DNA from: Octopus sinensis
Taxonomy: Eukaryota
Reading direction: 5' to 3'
Length of the DNA: 64,000 nt
NCBI RefSeq assembly: GCF_006345805.1
Contig: NC_043000.1
Location: 59,644,001 to 59,708,000 of the forward strand
The notes beneath the pieces were generated by a model, which was not told the origin of the DNA, did no database searches, and saw only the letters and a list, made by a program, of their open reading frames with translations. This document shows positions 1-12,512 of this stretch, piece after piece. Both the position numbers and the translations under genes were made by a program. Position 1 is the stretch's first letter. Each line of letters starts with the position of its first letter.

Positions 1-1017
1 AGTAGCTTCTACAGCTCTGGAGTACAGAAACTTCATACATGTCTCAGCTTTACCTACAGTTGCTACAAAATAACTAAGCATGGGTTTGAATAAATATGAA
101 ATCAAATCATAGTATTCAATATATGGTTTGTGCCCACAATATTGTCTTGTAATCTATGACTAAGTTATTCTCTTTGCTGAGTATCCATGGTCAGTTTTGT
201 TCAAGATGAACTATTATAGCACAAATATAATGAAATTAAATGTTTGATGTGAACTATAGATATTGATCTCTGGCAATGCAAAACTTCAGTTTGATTTGGA
301 GTTTATAATTGACTAACTGGGGTGAAGTGTGGCAGACAGGACATGCTGCACTTGTTTTGCTGTCCAATATGTTTGATTGTTTAAATATATTCCAAGTGGA
401 AATTGAAATAGCAAGGGAGCTACAATGTGTTTGTTCAATGCAGAAGTCAAACCTCCCTCATAAATATAAAATCATTTACAGATAACATGAAACTTTTCAA
501 TCAATGTGAGTTCTAAACATTGATGTTTGTATAATGGTTAAATCACTTTAAGCATTTATTCAAAAAGAGATGGCACAAAAATGAAATGTAAAAATGTGGG
601 GAGAGAGAAAAAGAGAAAATCAGATTTATGGGTATGTTTTGTTAAAGTGGTAATATTAATAGCAGATATTTTATACAAAGAACATTAGTTTTATATTTTG
701 AGATATGGTGCTTACACCAACACAATAATAACTGCAGCTGAAAATCCAGATTCCAAAATGTTAACACTTAAAAAAATAACAACAAAAACAACTACCATTT
801 TAAGTTATATAAATGTAACCTACAGACAAATTGTAAGCATTTCAATAACTTCACAGATATGTGCTATTCTATCCTAGTTCTTCCAAATTTTCTCCAATAA
901 GATATGATTTGTAATATTTTTTTGCTTTAATATATTTTTAGATAATTTTGTTTAAGAAACACAAAAATAAAATACTTTGTGATTTGAGATATACCAATTC
1001 ACAAATATATTTAAAAT

Positions 1018-1235
1018 ATTGGTTTCAAATTTTGGCATAAGGCTAGCAATTTTGGGGTAGGAAGTAAGTCAATTACATTGACCCAAGTACTCAACTGGTA
1101 CTTATTTTATGAACCCCAAAAGGATGAAAAGTAAAGTCAACCTCAGCAGAATTTGAACTCAGAACGTAAAGACTGATGAAATGCTGCTAAGCATTTTGCC
1201 TGGCATGCTAATGTTTCTGCCAGCTTGCTGTCTTA
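1018..1235 (-). mobile_element. SINE family A (tRNA-derived head, central gcctttcatcc...ataagtaccag domain), tail type A1
   Basis: Reverse complement matches the plus copy at 46066-46268; B-box gagttcaaatt present. Confidence 0.8.
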
Positions 1236-1495
1236 AATGTATTTAAAATATTAAATCATAAAATGTAATCACTTCGTTTGTGTTTTGTTTCCCCATGTTA
1301 GTATGGGTTGACTTTATCTACAGTATTGCAAATCTCTATGGTTCTTAAATTTCTTTTGCTCAATTTTAAACCCATCTTTCATCACTAACCAAAGCAGTTC
1401 TTCAATTAGCATGCTCATTTACATTAAATATCTCTACTAGCACAGTCATTTCACAAACTTAAATCAGTTGAGATTATTATTATTATTATTATTCT

Positions 1496-1884
1496 TTTCT
1501 TTTTTACTTGTTTCAGTCATTTGACTGTGGCCATGCTGGAGCACCGCCTTTAGTCGAGCAAATCTAACCCAGGACTTATTCTTTGTAAGCCTAGTACTTA
1601 TTCTATCGGTCTCTTTTGCTGAACTGTTAAGTTACAGGGACGTAAACACACCAGCATCGGTTGTCAAGCGATGTTGGGGGGACAATCACAGACACACAAA
1701 CATATACAAACACACATACATACATATATATATATATATATACATATATATATGACGGGCTTCTTTCAGTTTCCGTCTAACAAATCCACTCAGAAGGCTT
1801 TGGTTGGCCCGAAGCTATAGTAGAAGACACTTGCCCAAGGTACATGTGATTCGTAAGCAAGCTACTTACCACACAGCCACTCCT
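1496..1884 (-). mobile_element. SINE family B (tRNA/CORE-like head + internal TA/CA microsatellite + 3' body), B-box region deleted
   Basis: Homologous to 14443, 21672 and 31050; CORE-like ccttgggcaagtgtctt; microsatellite at ~1700-1753. Confidence 0.8.
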
Positions 1885-1950
1885 ATTATTATTATTATTT
1901 TTTTTTTTTTTTATTATTATCATCATTATTATTATTATTATTATTATTAT

Positions 1951-2221
1951 TGCCAGCCTCGCCTGGCCTCCATGCCGGTGGCACGTAAAAAGCACCATCC
2001 GATCGTGGCCGTTTGCCAGCCTCGTCTGGCACCTGTGCCGATGGCACGTAAAAAGCACCCACTAAACTCATGGAGTGGTTGGCGTTAGGAAGGGCATCCA
2101 GCCATAGAAACATTGCCAGATCAGACTGGGCCTGGTGCAGCCTTCTGGCTTCCCAGACCCCAGTTGCACCATCCAACCCATGCCAGCATGGAAAGCGGAC
2201 GCTAAACGATGATGATGATTA
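1951..2221 (+). mobile_element. 5'-truncated RTE LINE (3' UTR only) inserted in an (ATT)n tract
   Basis: Matches 55390-55630, the 3' UTR of the coding RTE copy; ends ccatgccagcatgg...(gat)n. Confidence 0.85.
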
Positions 2222-2270
2222 TTATGATTATTATTATTATTATCATTATTGTTATTATTATTATTATTTT

Positions 2271-2551
2271 GGTGAGGTAGCAAACTAGCAGAAATGTTAG
2301 CACACTGGGCAAAATTCTTCACAACATTTCATCCATCGTTTCTACTAAAGACGCAAGGCCTGAAATTTGGTTGAGGGGGATAATTGATTACATTGATTCC
2401 AGTACTCAACTGGTACTTATTTTATTGACCCCTGAAGGATGAAAGGCAAAGCCAACACCAGCAGCATTTGAACTCAGAACATGTAGACAAATGAAATACC
2501 ACTAAGCATTTTGCCTGATGTGCTAATGATTCTGCCAGCTCACTGCCTTAG
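2271..2551. mobile_element. SINE A head fragment (+, ~2271-2340) abutting a SINE A copy (-, ~2346-2551)
   Basis: Both parts match family A, in opposite orientations. Confidence 0.7.
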
Positions 2552-3288
2552 CAATGATGATGATGATTATAATAATAAGAAAAAAATATGAGAAATTTGA
2601 AAATATTTATGATCAAAGGCATTCCAGCTTTGACCAGCTAAGGCACAGTAGATTGAGCACCACATTATCCATTGTCCTTCTTTTCTATTTTGGCATTGTA
2701 TGTAATATGAGTGAGATTTGGCAGCTAGTTTTAGCAAGCTAGGCAACTATGTAGAATCTACTGCCTTGGCTCAGGAAAGTTTTATACCCATTGAGTATAG
2801 TTAACATTATCAAGTGCTTTATGAAACTTACCCATCTACTTCAAAGAAACAATGATGATGATGATGATAATGATGACATATATATATATGAATGAGATAA
2901 TGAAGCAGTTGCTACAAGGTTGTTTGACCTGCTAGAAATAGCAGGCACATTCCCTTGAATCATGTCTCATCATTTAAAAAAAAAAAGACATAAAACAATA
3001 TAGTCCTAAATATATAAAGCGTCATATGCCTTTCCTCATACGTCATCATGATCAGGGCAGACCTGAGGTTAAACAATGACAATAGCAGTAATAGGTCAAG
3101 TAAACCACTTAAAAAAAATTGAAAGTTGTCAAATAACTTTCTGAGAGACACCCAACTTAAGATAGTACAAACACTAGACATCAACTCAAGAAGTTTTACT
3201 CTCCTGTTACTCTAGTTTCTCATCTGGTGAGTATATCTAAAACAGACAAATCATTTTTGCTTTTTATTATCACATGACTCAAATTGAA

Positions 3289-4860
3289 GATTACCCAAAT
3301 CGACAGCACCCTGGTAAATAAAGCAATTAAGGACAGGAAGATAGGGAAAGTTCCCTCCTGGACCATCAGGAATCACTGCTGAGATACTTAAAATATCTGG
3401 CGGTATGGGTTATGGTCTAGTCACCTGTATTGTAAATCAGGTAGTTCATGAAGGAGTCATACCCAATGACTGGTGTAGCAGCAACTTAGTCAACTGCTAC
3501 AAAGATAAAGGTGATGCTCTAGACAGAAATAACTACAGGGGTATTAAATTACTGGAACAGGTGATGAAAGTTACAGAGAAGGTCATAGCCCAACTATTAC
3601 GGATAGAGTTAGTCTACGTGAGAACCACTGTTTGGTTCTGTACCAGGTAGAGCACCACTGATGCTATATTTCTGGTAAGGTAACTCCAGGAGAAATACCT
3701 AGCCAAAGATAAACTTCTGTACTTAGATTTTGTTCACTTGAAGAAAGCCTTTGAGAGGGTCTCCCAATCTCTTATCTGGTGGTCAATGTGGAAACTGGGG
3801 ATAGACAAGTGGTTGGTAAGAGCAGTACAAGCCCTTTACAGGGATGCTGTCAGTAAGGTAAGGGTTAGCAACGAATATAGTGAAGAATTTCGGGTAGAAG
3901 TAGGGGTTCAATAAGGATCAGTCCTCAGTTCCCTCTTATTCATTATAGTCATCCAGGCAATAATAGAGGAATTCAAGACAGGATGCCTCTGGGAGCTCCT
4001 CTGTGCTGATGACCTTGCTCTAATAGCTGAGTTACTACCAGAACTAGAGATGAAGTTCCAGGTAGGAAGGCAAACAAATCACAAACCTCTTCAGGTAGAT
4101 GGCCCTGGTCTATTGGTAGAAAAGGCATAGATAGAAACTCCATAAGACATACCTGGTGTAAGCTATAAACACATAAGAGGTGCAGCAATATCAAAGGAAG
4201 GTTAACTGGGAAGATAGTTTTTGTGTGTGGCAGATGCACAGGAGCAATAAACATGGAATATGTACAGAAAACAGATTCCATAACATGCTAGGGGGAAAAA
4301 CTAGAAGTAGTTGATAGCTTCTGCTATCTAGGCGACCAAGTCTGTAGTGGGTGTGGATGCTCTGAGAACGTAGCTGCTAGAATAAGGATAGCCTCAGTAA
4401 AGTTCAGAAAGCTCCTATCTCTTCTGGCAATGAAGGGCCTCTCACTCTGAGTGAAAGGTAGACTGTATGATGCATGTGTGCGAACTGCTATGTTACATGG
4501 CAGTGAAACATGGGCCATGACTACTGAGGACACGCATAGGCTTGGAAGAAATGAAGCAAGTATACTCCGCTGGATGTGTAATGTTAGTGTGCATACATGA
4601 TATAGTGTAAGTGCCCTGAGAGAAAAGTTGAGCATAAGAAGTATCAGATGTGGTGTGCAAGTGAGACGACTGCACTGGTATGGTCATGTGTTATGTATGG
4701 ATGAGGACAACTGTATGAAGAAGTGTCACACCCTAATAGTGGAAGGAGCCTGTGGAAGAGGTAGAGAAAAAACACCATCTGAACATGGCTGATGCCAGTG
4801 TCCTGACTGGCTCCTGTACTGGTGGCATGTAAAAAGCACCATCTGAACATGGTCAATGCT
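3289..4860 (+). mobile_element. Decayed 5'-truncated RTE LINE (RT, PHD remnant, C-terminus, part of 3' UTR)
   Basis: Frameshifted match to 10126-11770: VIPNDWCSS, NYRGIKLL, (V)HLKKAFERV, LLCADD, YLGD, LHGSETW. Confidence 0.9.
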
Positions 4861-5119
4861 ATGAGAAAACATGCATAGATATTTGTGCATAAGCATTAGA
4901 TACATGCACATATGCTTAAACATGGATTTGTACTAGATGGAACCACTATATATCTACTGACACAGCTAAGAAGTTCTTAGCTAAGAATATACTATTCTAC
5001 ATTGTATTAATGCATCCAAAAAATGATTTTGGCAGGGTCCCATTCTTTGTAAACTGGTAAGCTTTGAGAAAAATCAGCATACATCAATTTAAAGTAAAAA
5101 TGCTGAAAAAAGGATGGGA

Positions 5120-5950
5120 TTAGCAATGAGGAATTTATTATGCAGGTAGATGGTCATCAGGGCTTTGGTCTCAGTGATCTACTGTTTATTATAGTTGTTG
5201 AGGCAATAATGTAAAAGTTCTGGACTAGATGATCTTGGAAGCCTTTGTATGTTAACTTTGTTCTCCCATTACAGAGTCAATTGAGTAGATGCAGAAAACA
5301 TTTGAAAAATTAGAATGATATGGACCTAGTAGGCAAAGGAATTTACATGGCAAAGATTTCCTCACTTCAGTTGAAGGAAAGGAATAGTAAGAAACTTGAT
5401 ATTGTGTAATCTTGTGTAAACAAGAATCACATAAAAAACTGTAGTAACACAGGGCAAACTGATAGGAAAGCAGGTATGCAAATACACTCGATGTACAAGT
5501 ATAGTTAGCAACAGGAACAGCCATGGAAAGAAGTCCTTGAAATGCTTAGGGAGCTAGATTTCACTGTCTAGGTAACCCATCCAATGCAATAGGTGGTTGT
5601 AGTAAGAGTATAAGCAACTTCAGTAAGAGAGACGACTATATAAAGTATGTTCAAGTATGTTCAATGGATATTGAAAGCAGAAAAATTGTAATGGTTAGAG
5701 AGAAATGTGGTATATTTTATCTGTTAGAGGTGCAATGTTAACTAGCCTGAAAAATGTACTATTTGCAAGCAGACTTTGAAACAGATTGGATATTAAAAGA
5801 CATTGACTGGTGTAATCTGTAAAATAGTTTGCACTGGAATGGAAGAGTGACAAGCAGAAGAGTAGTGTGTGTTGAAAGTTGACCATATCAGTGGCAGATG
5901 ACTGAAAAAGACACAGGAAGAAAAGGATTAGAACTAGGAACTGAAACCAC
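5120..5950 (+). mobile_element. Older, heavily decayed RTE-like RT remnant
   Basis: EEFIMQVDGHQGFGLSDLLFIIVVEAI resembles EEFRVGVHQGS.LS..LFIIVLQAI of the younger copies; RFHCLG...GGCS resembles SFRYLG...GGC. Confidence 0.6.
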
Positions 5951-6110
5951 ATAGAATATTTCCTTTTGAGCCAGCTGCAAGAAATATTCTTAGCTCAACA
6001 CATACTGTCCTTGAACAGAGTAGTAAGGAAAATTGAAATGAATTTAAAACAATAAGTTAGTTGAATTAAAAATTTTTCCCCTGGGAAAATAATCAAATTT
6101 TATTCAATTT

Positions 6111-6113
<3 letters not shown>

Positions 6114-6183
<70 letters not shown>

Positions 6184-6184
6184 G
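6114..6184. repeat. (TA)n(GA)n microsatellite
   Basis: Direct reading. Confidence 0.95.
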
Positions 6185-7033
6185 AGTGATGGGGGATTAT
6201 GTGAGTTAGGCCATTTTTATCAATTCATGTTTCAAAATCCCAAATATTTAACTTAGAAAATTCTATGTATCTGTAGCCCTTAAGTGTTACTCAAGCCAGA
6301 TGTATTTGACAATTTAAAATCATTTCTGCCAGTAAAATTCTGATGTTAACTGATTTATAGCTATGAGCAAACAGATTCTTGTGACTTTGTTCCTTCTCTG
6401 TATTGCTTCAAGTGAAGTTCTGTATAATGCACAAAGTTAAAAAAATATGTGTGCTGATTTGGAAAAGACTTTGAAATAAAGAAAGAAAAAAGGCACCGAA
6501 GGAAAATATAATTCCAAGCAGGCAGTTTGTGAAAAAATCAAATATCTATTTCTTATATCAGTTACATCAAAAAATAATTATTACCAGTTGAATTATAACT
6601 TTTGGTTTTTATAGTTTTTGCTTTTATTTTTCTACAGTATGGACGGAGTTGTTTCTGCATATTTAGGTATTTTCCTATTAGTATCAGTGAAGAAAACCTT
6701 TTTATAAGTAGATGCTCTTCTTATTGCAAACCATTCAAATATAAAGCAGTGACATCTACTGCCAGCTATGTACATAGAGGGTAGCTGAATTGCATACAAT
6801 ACCAAGAAATATAATTCAGTTGTTATAAGAAGGTTCATACTTATGGTAATATTACCAGTTGTTCAGCACCTTAATTTCAGAATAATTACTGTATAAATGA
6901 GTTATTAAACTGATTAACCAGCTAATAATGAAGACAAAACAGTAAAAATTTTGATGTATCTATATTGGAAATTTAAGAAACTACAACAAACTGCAACTCA
7001 TACAGCGGATAGTGAACAAGTAGAAATAACATA

Positions 7034-7349
7034 TGAGGGGAATTTGCAATATTTTATTCACTTAGTTTTACAGGTTTACACTTTTGTTGCCTTCAAAATA
7101 TTTTCCATTTGAAGCAATGTATTGGTCCCGACAAGTTTTCCACTGTTTGGAGCAGTGCTGAACTCTTGCAAAGTGATGCCCTTTAATGTTTCTGACAAAG
7201 ATGCACCATGTTGCAGTATGATCTGACTTGATGCCGCTGGCCAGGAAACTGATGCCTGAATTGCATCAACTGGCCTCTAGCGGTGGGAGCCTGAACTACA
7301 ATGGGATTGTCCCACAGAGAACATTTCCAGTTACTTCTGGGTACTCTTT
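7034..7349 (-). mobile_element. Mariner MITE-like deletion derivative of the family at 19320
   Basis: Both ends align to the two ends of 19320-20214 (for example ttttattcacttagttttaca and the C-terminal ..QW..C.DQ.IASNG.YFEG); flanked by TA. Confidence 0.8.
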
Positions 7350-7429
7350 TAGTGTTGGTGAGAACATGACAGTCTTACTAGGTTTTAGAGCCACAATAAA
7401 ATGCACCCAGTATTCTTTGTAAAGTTATT

Positions 7430-7590
7430 TAGTGCTAGGGAAAATCACAGAAACCATGAGAAATGTGTATAGCCTATCTAGGAAGGTAGTAACTCTGAAT
7501 ATGAACTGACTCATGACTGATGACCCATTATATGGGTCATCAGTTATGTGCCAGCATGGAAAGAAGTTATAAAAATGATGATGATGATAT
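7430..7590 (+). mobile_element. Decayed RTE 3' end with an inserted 17-bp hairpin
   Basis: gccagcatggaaag...(gat)n tail; hairpin at 7512-7548. Confidence 0.55.
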
Positions 7591-8218
7591 ATAAAATTTA
7601 TACACTATCATTATCATGGAAAAGTAAAAGGAAAAGAAAGCAGTAAATACAATACTTATTGAGGATAAGCCAGCTTGGAATTAAAAACTATTATTAAAGT
7701 GACTCCAGAGAATGGTTCCAAATAGATTTCTATTTCTGAAATTTACTTTTAATCATTTAATATCACTTAGAGAATATTTTGTAAAATCTGTGCAAAAACT
7801 TTAAAATTTACTCTAAAGCCAAAATATTAATGGTAATTGATGAGAGCTTATTGGTTCTAAGTATAGATTTATTTATCTGAAAACTTGATTCTTATAACTG
7901 TCTAATGAATGACAATTTGTCACTTAAAACATAGATCTATTGTATTTCTGCATGATAAAAGAATAAAATGCTGTTAATGTAGGATTTTGTTCAAGCTTTA
8001 TCAATAAAGATATGAAGTTGTTAGAAGATTAACTTATCTGTAACAGAAGTAACAGTTCATATCCTAGCCATAGTGTTGGTATGTGTCCCTTTCAAATACA
8101 GTTGATTTGAAGCTTGTTCTATCAAGCTGAAAATAACTATATTACTGAAAGTAATGTATAATTATTGAGGGATTTAAAAAGATTTTTTTTTTAAATTTAC
8201 ATTCCTGTACTCCAGTTG

Positions 8219-8894
8219 CAGTGGCGGCTCATGTATAGGCACTGCAGAACTGCAGCACCCCCTATTTCCACTCAATATTATCAATAATGCTCAATATAAT
8301 GAATCCTTTTTCCTTTAATTCTTTCTTTATACTTGTACATTATATAATCCTTAAGCTTAATGTCAGTAGCCATCCCCTAGTTTATGAAAAAATACAAAAA
8401 TTCTTGTATAGAACTGTGCACTTCACAGTCCCAGTGATGCAGTGTTTTGTTGTTGTGCGCATGCTCACATATCCAAGATAGGAAGCTGCATGCTAGGGAG
8501 AGAGAGCACTGTGGTTCATGCAGTACTGACCTTGGTGTGCTGGTGAAAGTTAGTGTTTCCTTTTGACTCTGCATGTGTTGTGCTTAAAAACGTGTTTATA
8601 TTCTTGAATGTGATAAAATGTAGAATTAGATTATTATCCTGCTTCAAGCTATAGTGTTGCTGCCAGGATTTTAAAAATAGGGCAGATTCCTCCCCCCCCA
8701 TTTTGTGATTTAGGTGGGATTTTTGATAAACAAGGGGGAATTCGCAGCGGTGTTCAGTGAACAAATTTAACCTGCTACCTGGCAGTGGCTAAAATACAAA
8801 CCGATTAAGTTTTTCCTTTTGCACAATATTAAAACAATGGCTAAAAATTTTCTGAAGCAGCACCCCCACTAATTTTATCTATGAGTCACCACTG
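8219..8894. mobile_element. Non-autonomous hAT-type DNA transposon (676 bp)
   Basis: TIRs cagtggcggctcat / atgagtcaccactg; perfect 8-bp TSD tccagttg at 8211-8218 and 8895-8902; subterminal gcagcaccccc near both ends; no ORF. Confidence 0.85.
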
Positions 8895-10125
8895 TCCAGT
8901 TGTCTTATGAAAAAACTACAGGACATTATTCAAGAATATCATCCTTAAAATTACTATACAGTAGTGCCCCTAAGGTAATGAGACACTATTAATGACAACT
9001 GTGTGAAGTCATGTTTCTGGAACATTGTCAGGAAACATTCAGACTGAGAAATGGTAAAAGTTGAATGAATATAATCTAATGTATGTAAGGTGGCTGTTAT
9101 AGAGTGAAATATCAGAACAGATTTCTGAGTTATGAATTTATTTCTTGTATTTTTATGTATGTGAAGTTGCTGTTTGGCTGAAGATTGGCCTTGACTGAGC
9201 AGAGCCATATATAATGAAAAGTGTTCTAGTTTTGTTGTTTTTTTTTTATTATTAAAATACAAAGTATGATATTCCAAAACAAACTTACAAACACAGACAT
9301 GTTCACAGCCACTCACCAACAACACAAATGTATGTCAACATAAAAGGACATGAAAGTTTCTGTGCAAATGTAAATACTTAACACATCTCTTATATACCAA
9401 AATAGGATGGGACAATTTGAGGTGAGAAAATTCATAAGTGTCTAAATGTATCACTAGCAAACTACCATTGCACAAAAATTACACACTATAAAATCATACT
9501 GAAAAGAAAGAAAAAAACCCTAAACAATTAGCAGAATATAATTAATGCAAAGTAACGTAATCATTGTTGATGCAGCAAATAACTAACATAAGTAGCATCT
9601 GAACAATTAAAATAGTCCCATTCAACACATTTAACTTTATTTTCAACACTTGTGAATTTAACAGAAACATTTAAACTGAAGTACAGGTGTTTCATTATAG
9701 TGCTTCTTTCCTTTTTTCCACATTGGACTAAGCAAATGTCATTCCTTAATCTGAATTTGACAATTGCTATTAATTTTAAATAATTGGTATTTTGCTGCAG
9801 AAGAGAACATAGCAATAGAGCATAAAATACATCTAAAATAACATCTCATATGGCTTTCCAAAATGAATCAACTTATTTTTTTTAATGTTTCAATACAAAT
9901 TTCCTTAATGCTGATGTATGTTGACAAAGTGAAATTACAAATTTGAATTTGTTCCCACAGCAGACAATGTGCTTATGTCCTGTCTGAGGAACTATGCTTT
10001 CCTGGCTCTTTGTGGAGTGCTAAATGGACACTGATAAATTATTTGGTGTGGTTCACAATGTTGAAATTAAATCAGGTAAATTTGAACTCAGACTTTTAAT
10101 CAGTAATTCATTTATAAAGTAATAT

Positions 10126-12512
10126 TTGAAAAGGATACTGGCTATCCGAATTGACAGTACCTTGGTAGATAAAGCAATTAATGGCATGAAGACAGGGAAA
10201 GCCCCCAGCCCATCAGGAATCACTGCAGAGATGCTCAAAATATCTGGTGGCATTGGCTATAGTCTAGTCACCCATATAGTTAACCAGGTGATACATGAAG
10301 GAGTCATACCCAATGACTGGTGTAGCAGCACCATAGTCAACTGCTACAAAGGTAAAGGTGACACTTTAGGTACAAATAATTACAAAGATATCAAGCTGTT
10401 GGATCAAGTAATGAAGGTCACACAGAGGGTCACAGCCCAACTAATTAGGGAGAGAGTCAGTCTAGATGAGATGCAGTTTGGGTTCATACTAGGGAAAAGC
10501 ACCACTGATGCTATATTTCTGGTAAGACAGCTGCAGGAGAAATACCTAGCCAAAGATAAACCTCTGTACCTGTCTTTCGTTGACATGGAGAAAGCCTTTG
10601 ACAGGGTCCCCTGATCCCTTATCTGGTGGTCAATGAGGAAACTAAGGATAGATGAATGGTTAGTGAGAGCTGTGCAAGCCATGTACAGGGATGCTGTCAG
10701 TAAGGTGAAGGTTGGTAATGAGTACAGTGAAGAATTCCGGGTAGGGGTCCACCAAGGATCATTCCTCAGCTCCTTCTTGTTCATCATAGTCCTCCAGGCA
10801 ATAACAGAGGAATTCAAGACAGGATGCGTCCGGGAGCTCCTCTATGCTGATGACCTTGCTCTAGTAGCTGAGTCACTATTAGAACTAGAGGAAAAGTTTC
10901 AGGTGTGGAAGCAAGGATTAGAATCGAAGGGCATTAGAGTCAACCTAGCTAAAACCAAAGTCTTAATAAGCAGGAAGGCAGGCAAACCACTAATCCCTTC
11001 AGGTAGATGGCGCTGCTTGATCTGTAGAAAAGGTGTAGGTAGAAACTCCATAAGATGTACCCAGTGTAAGCTATGGTCACACAAGAGGTGCAGCAATGTC
11101 AAGGGAAGGCTAACTGAGAAGATAGTTTTTGTATGTGGCAAGTGCTCAGGTGCTATAAACACTGAAAATGTGCAGAGAACAGCTTCTGTTACATTCCAGT
11201 TAATAGCTTCCATTACCTAGGGGACCAAGTCAGTAGCAGGGGTGGATGCTCTGAAAGAGTAGCTGCTAGAATAAGAATAGCCTGAGCAAAGTTCAGAGAG
11301 CTCTTACCTCTGCTGGTGACAAAGGGCCTCTTGCTCACAGTAAAAGGTAGACTTTATGACACACGTGTATGAACAGCCATGCTACATGGTAGTGAAATAT
11401 GGGCCATGACTGCTGAGGACAAGCGTAAGCTTGCAAGGAATGAAGTCAGTATGCTCCGCTGGATGTGTAACGTCAGTGTGCATACTCGACAGAGTGTAAG
11501 CGCCCTGAGAGAAAAGTTAGATTTAAGAAGCATCAGACGTGGTGTACAAGAGAGACGACTGCGCTGTTATGGTCATGTGTTGCGAAAGAATGAGGACAGC
11601 TGTGTGAAAAAGTGTCACACCCTAGCAGTTGAAAGAACCTGTGGAAGAGGTAGACCCAGGAAAACCTGGGATGAGGTGGTGAAGCATGACCTTCGAACAT
11701 TCGGCCTTACCGAGGCACTGACTAGTGACTGAGACCTTTGGAGATATGCTGTGCTTGAGAAGACCTGACAAGCTAAGTGAGATCATGGCCAGTGGGTGTA
11801 ACCAGCCCACTTATGAATACCCCTCATTTATTGGACAATAAACTTGCTTGCGAAGACTTATTGAGGTATGTGAAATCAAAATTGATGACAGTACTGCCTG
11901 ATTGGAACTCGTGCCAGTGGAACTTTAAAAGCACATCCAAATGTGGGGTGTAACCAGCCCACTTTGCTTGCGAAGACCTATTGAGGCAAATGTAAACAAA
12001 TCAAAATCACTGACTTGGGCGATGACAGTACCACCTGATTGGCACTTGTGCCAGTGGAATGTTAAGAGCACATCTGAGCGTCATCGTTGCCAGGGCTATG
12101 GATTGGGTCCTGTGCTAGTGACACGTGAGAAGTACCATTCAAGCATGATCATTGCCAGTGTCACCTTACTGGCACATGTGAAAAACAACAGCTGAGCGTG
12201 GTCGATGCCAGTGTCGCCGGACTGGCTCCCATGCAGGTAGCACATAAAAACACCTTTGAGCGTGGTTGATGCCAGAACCGCCTGACTGGTCCTCATGCTG
12301 ATGGCATGTAAAAGCACCTACTATACTCTCAGAGTGGTTGGTGTTAGGAAGGGCACCTAGCTGTAGAAACTTTGCCAGATCAGATTGAGCCTGGTGCAGC
12401 CTCTGGCTCACCAGTCCTCAGTCAAACTGTCCAATCCATTCCAGCATGGAAAGTGGACATATGATGATGATGGTGGTGATGGTGATGGTGATGATGATGA
12501 TGATGATGATGA
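10126..12512 (+). mobile_element. 5'-truncated RTE LINE: RT with PHD insertion, C-terminus, modular 3' UTR, (GAT)n tail
   Basis: ORFs 10126..10614, 10633..11220 and 11379..11732 contain QFGF, FVDMEKAFDRVP, HQGS, LYADD, GRGRPRKTW; premature stops and frameshifts. Confidence 0.95.

Noticed and set aside
6612-6784. Strong plus-strand acceptor ttttatttttctacag with a short ORF
   Set aside because: No partner exons and no recognisable product.
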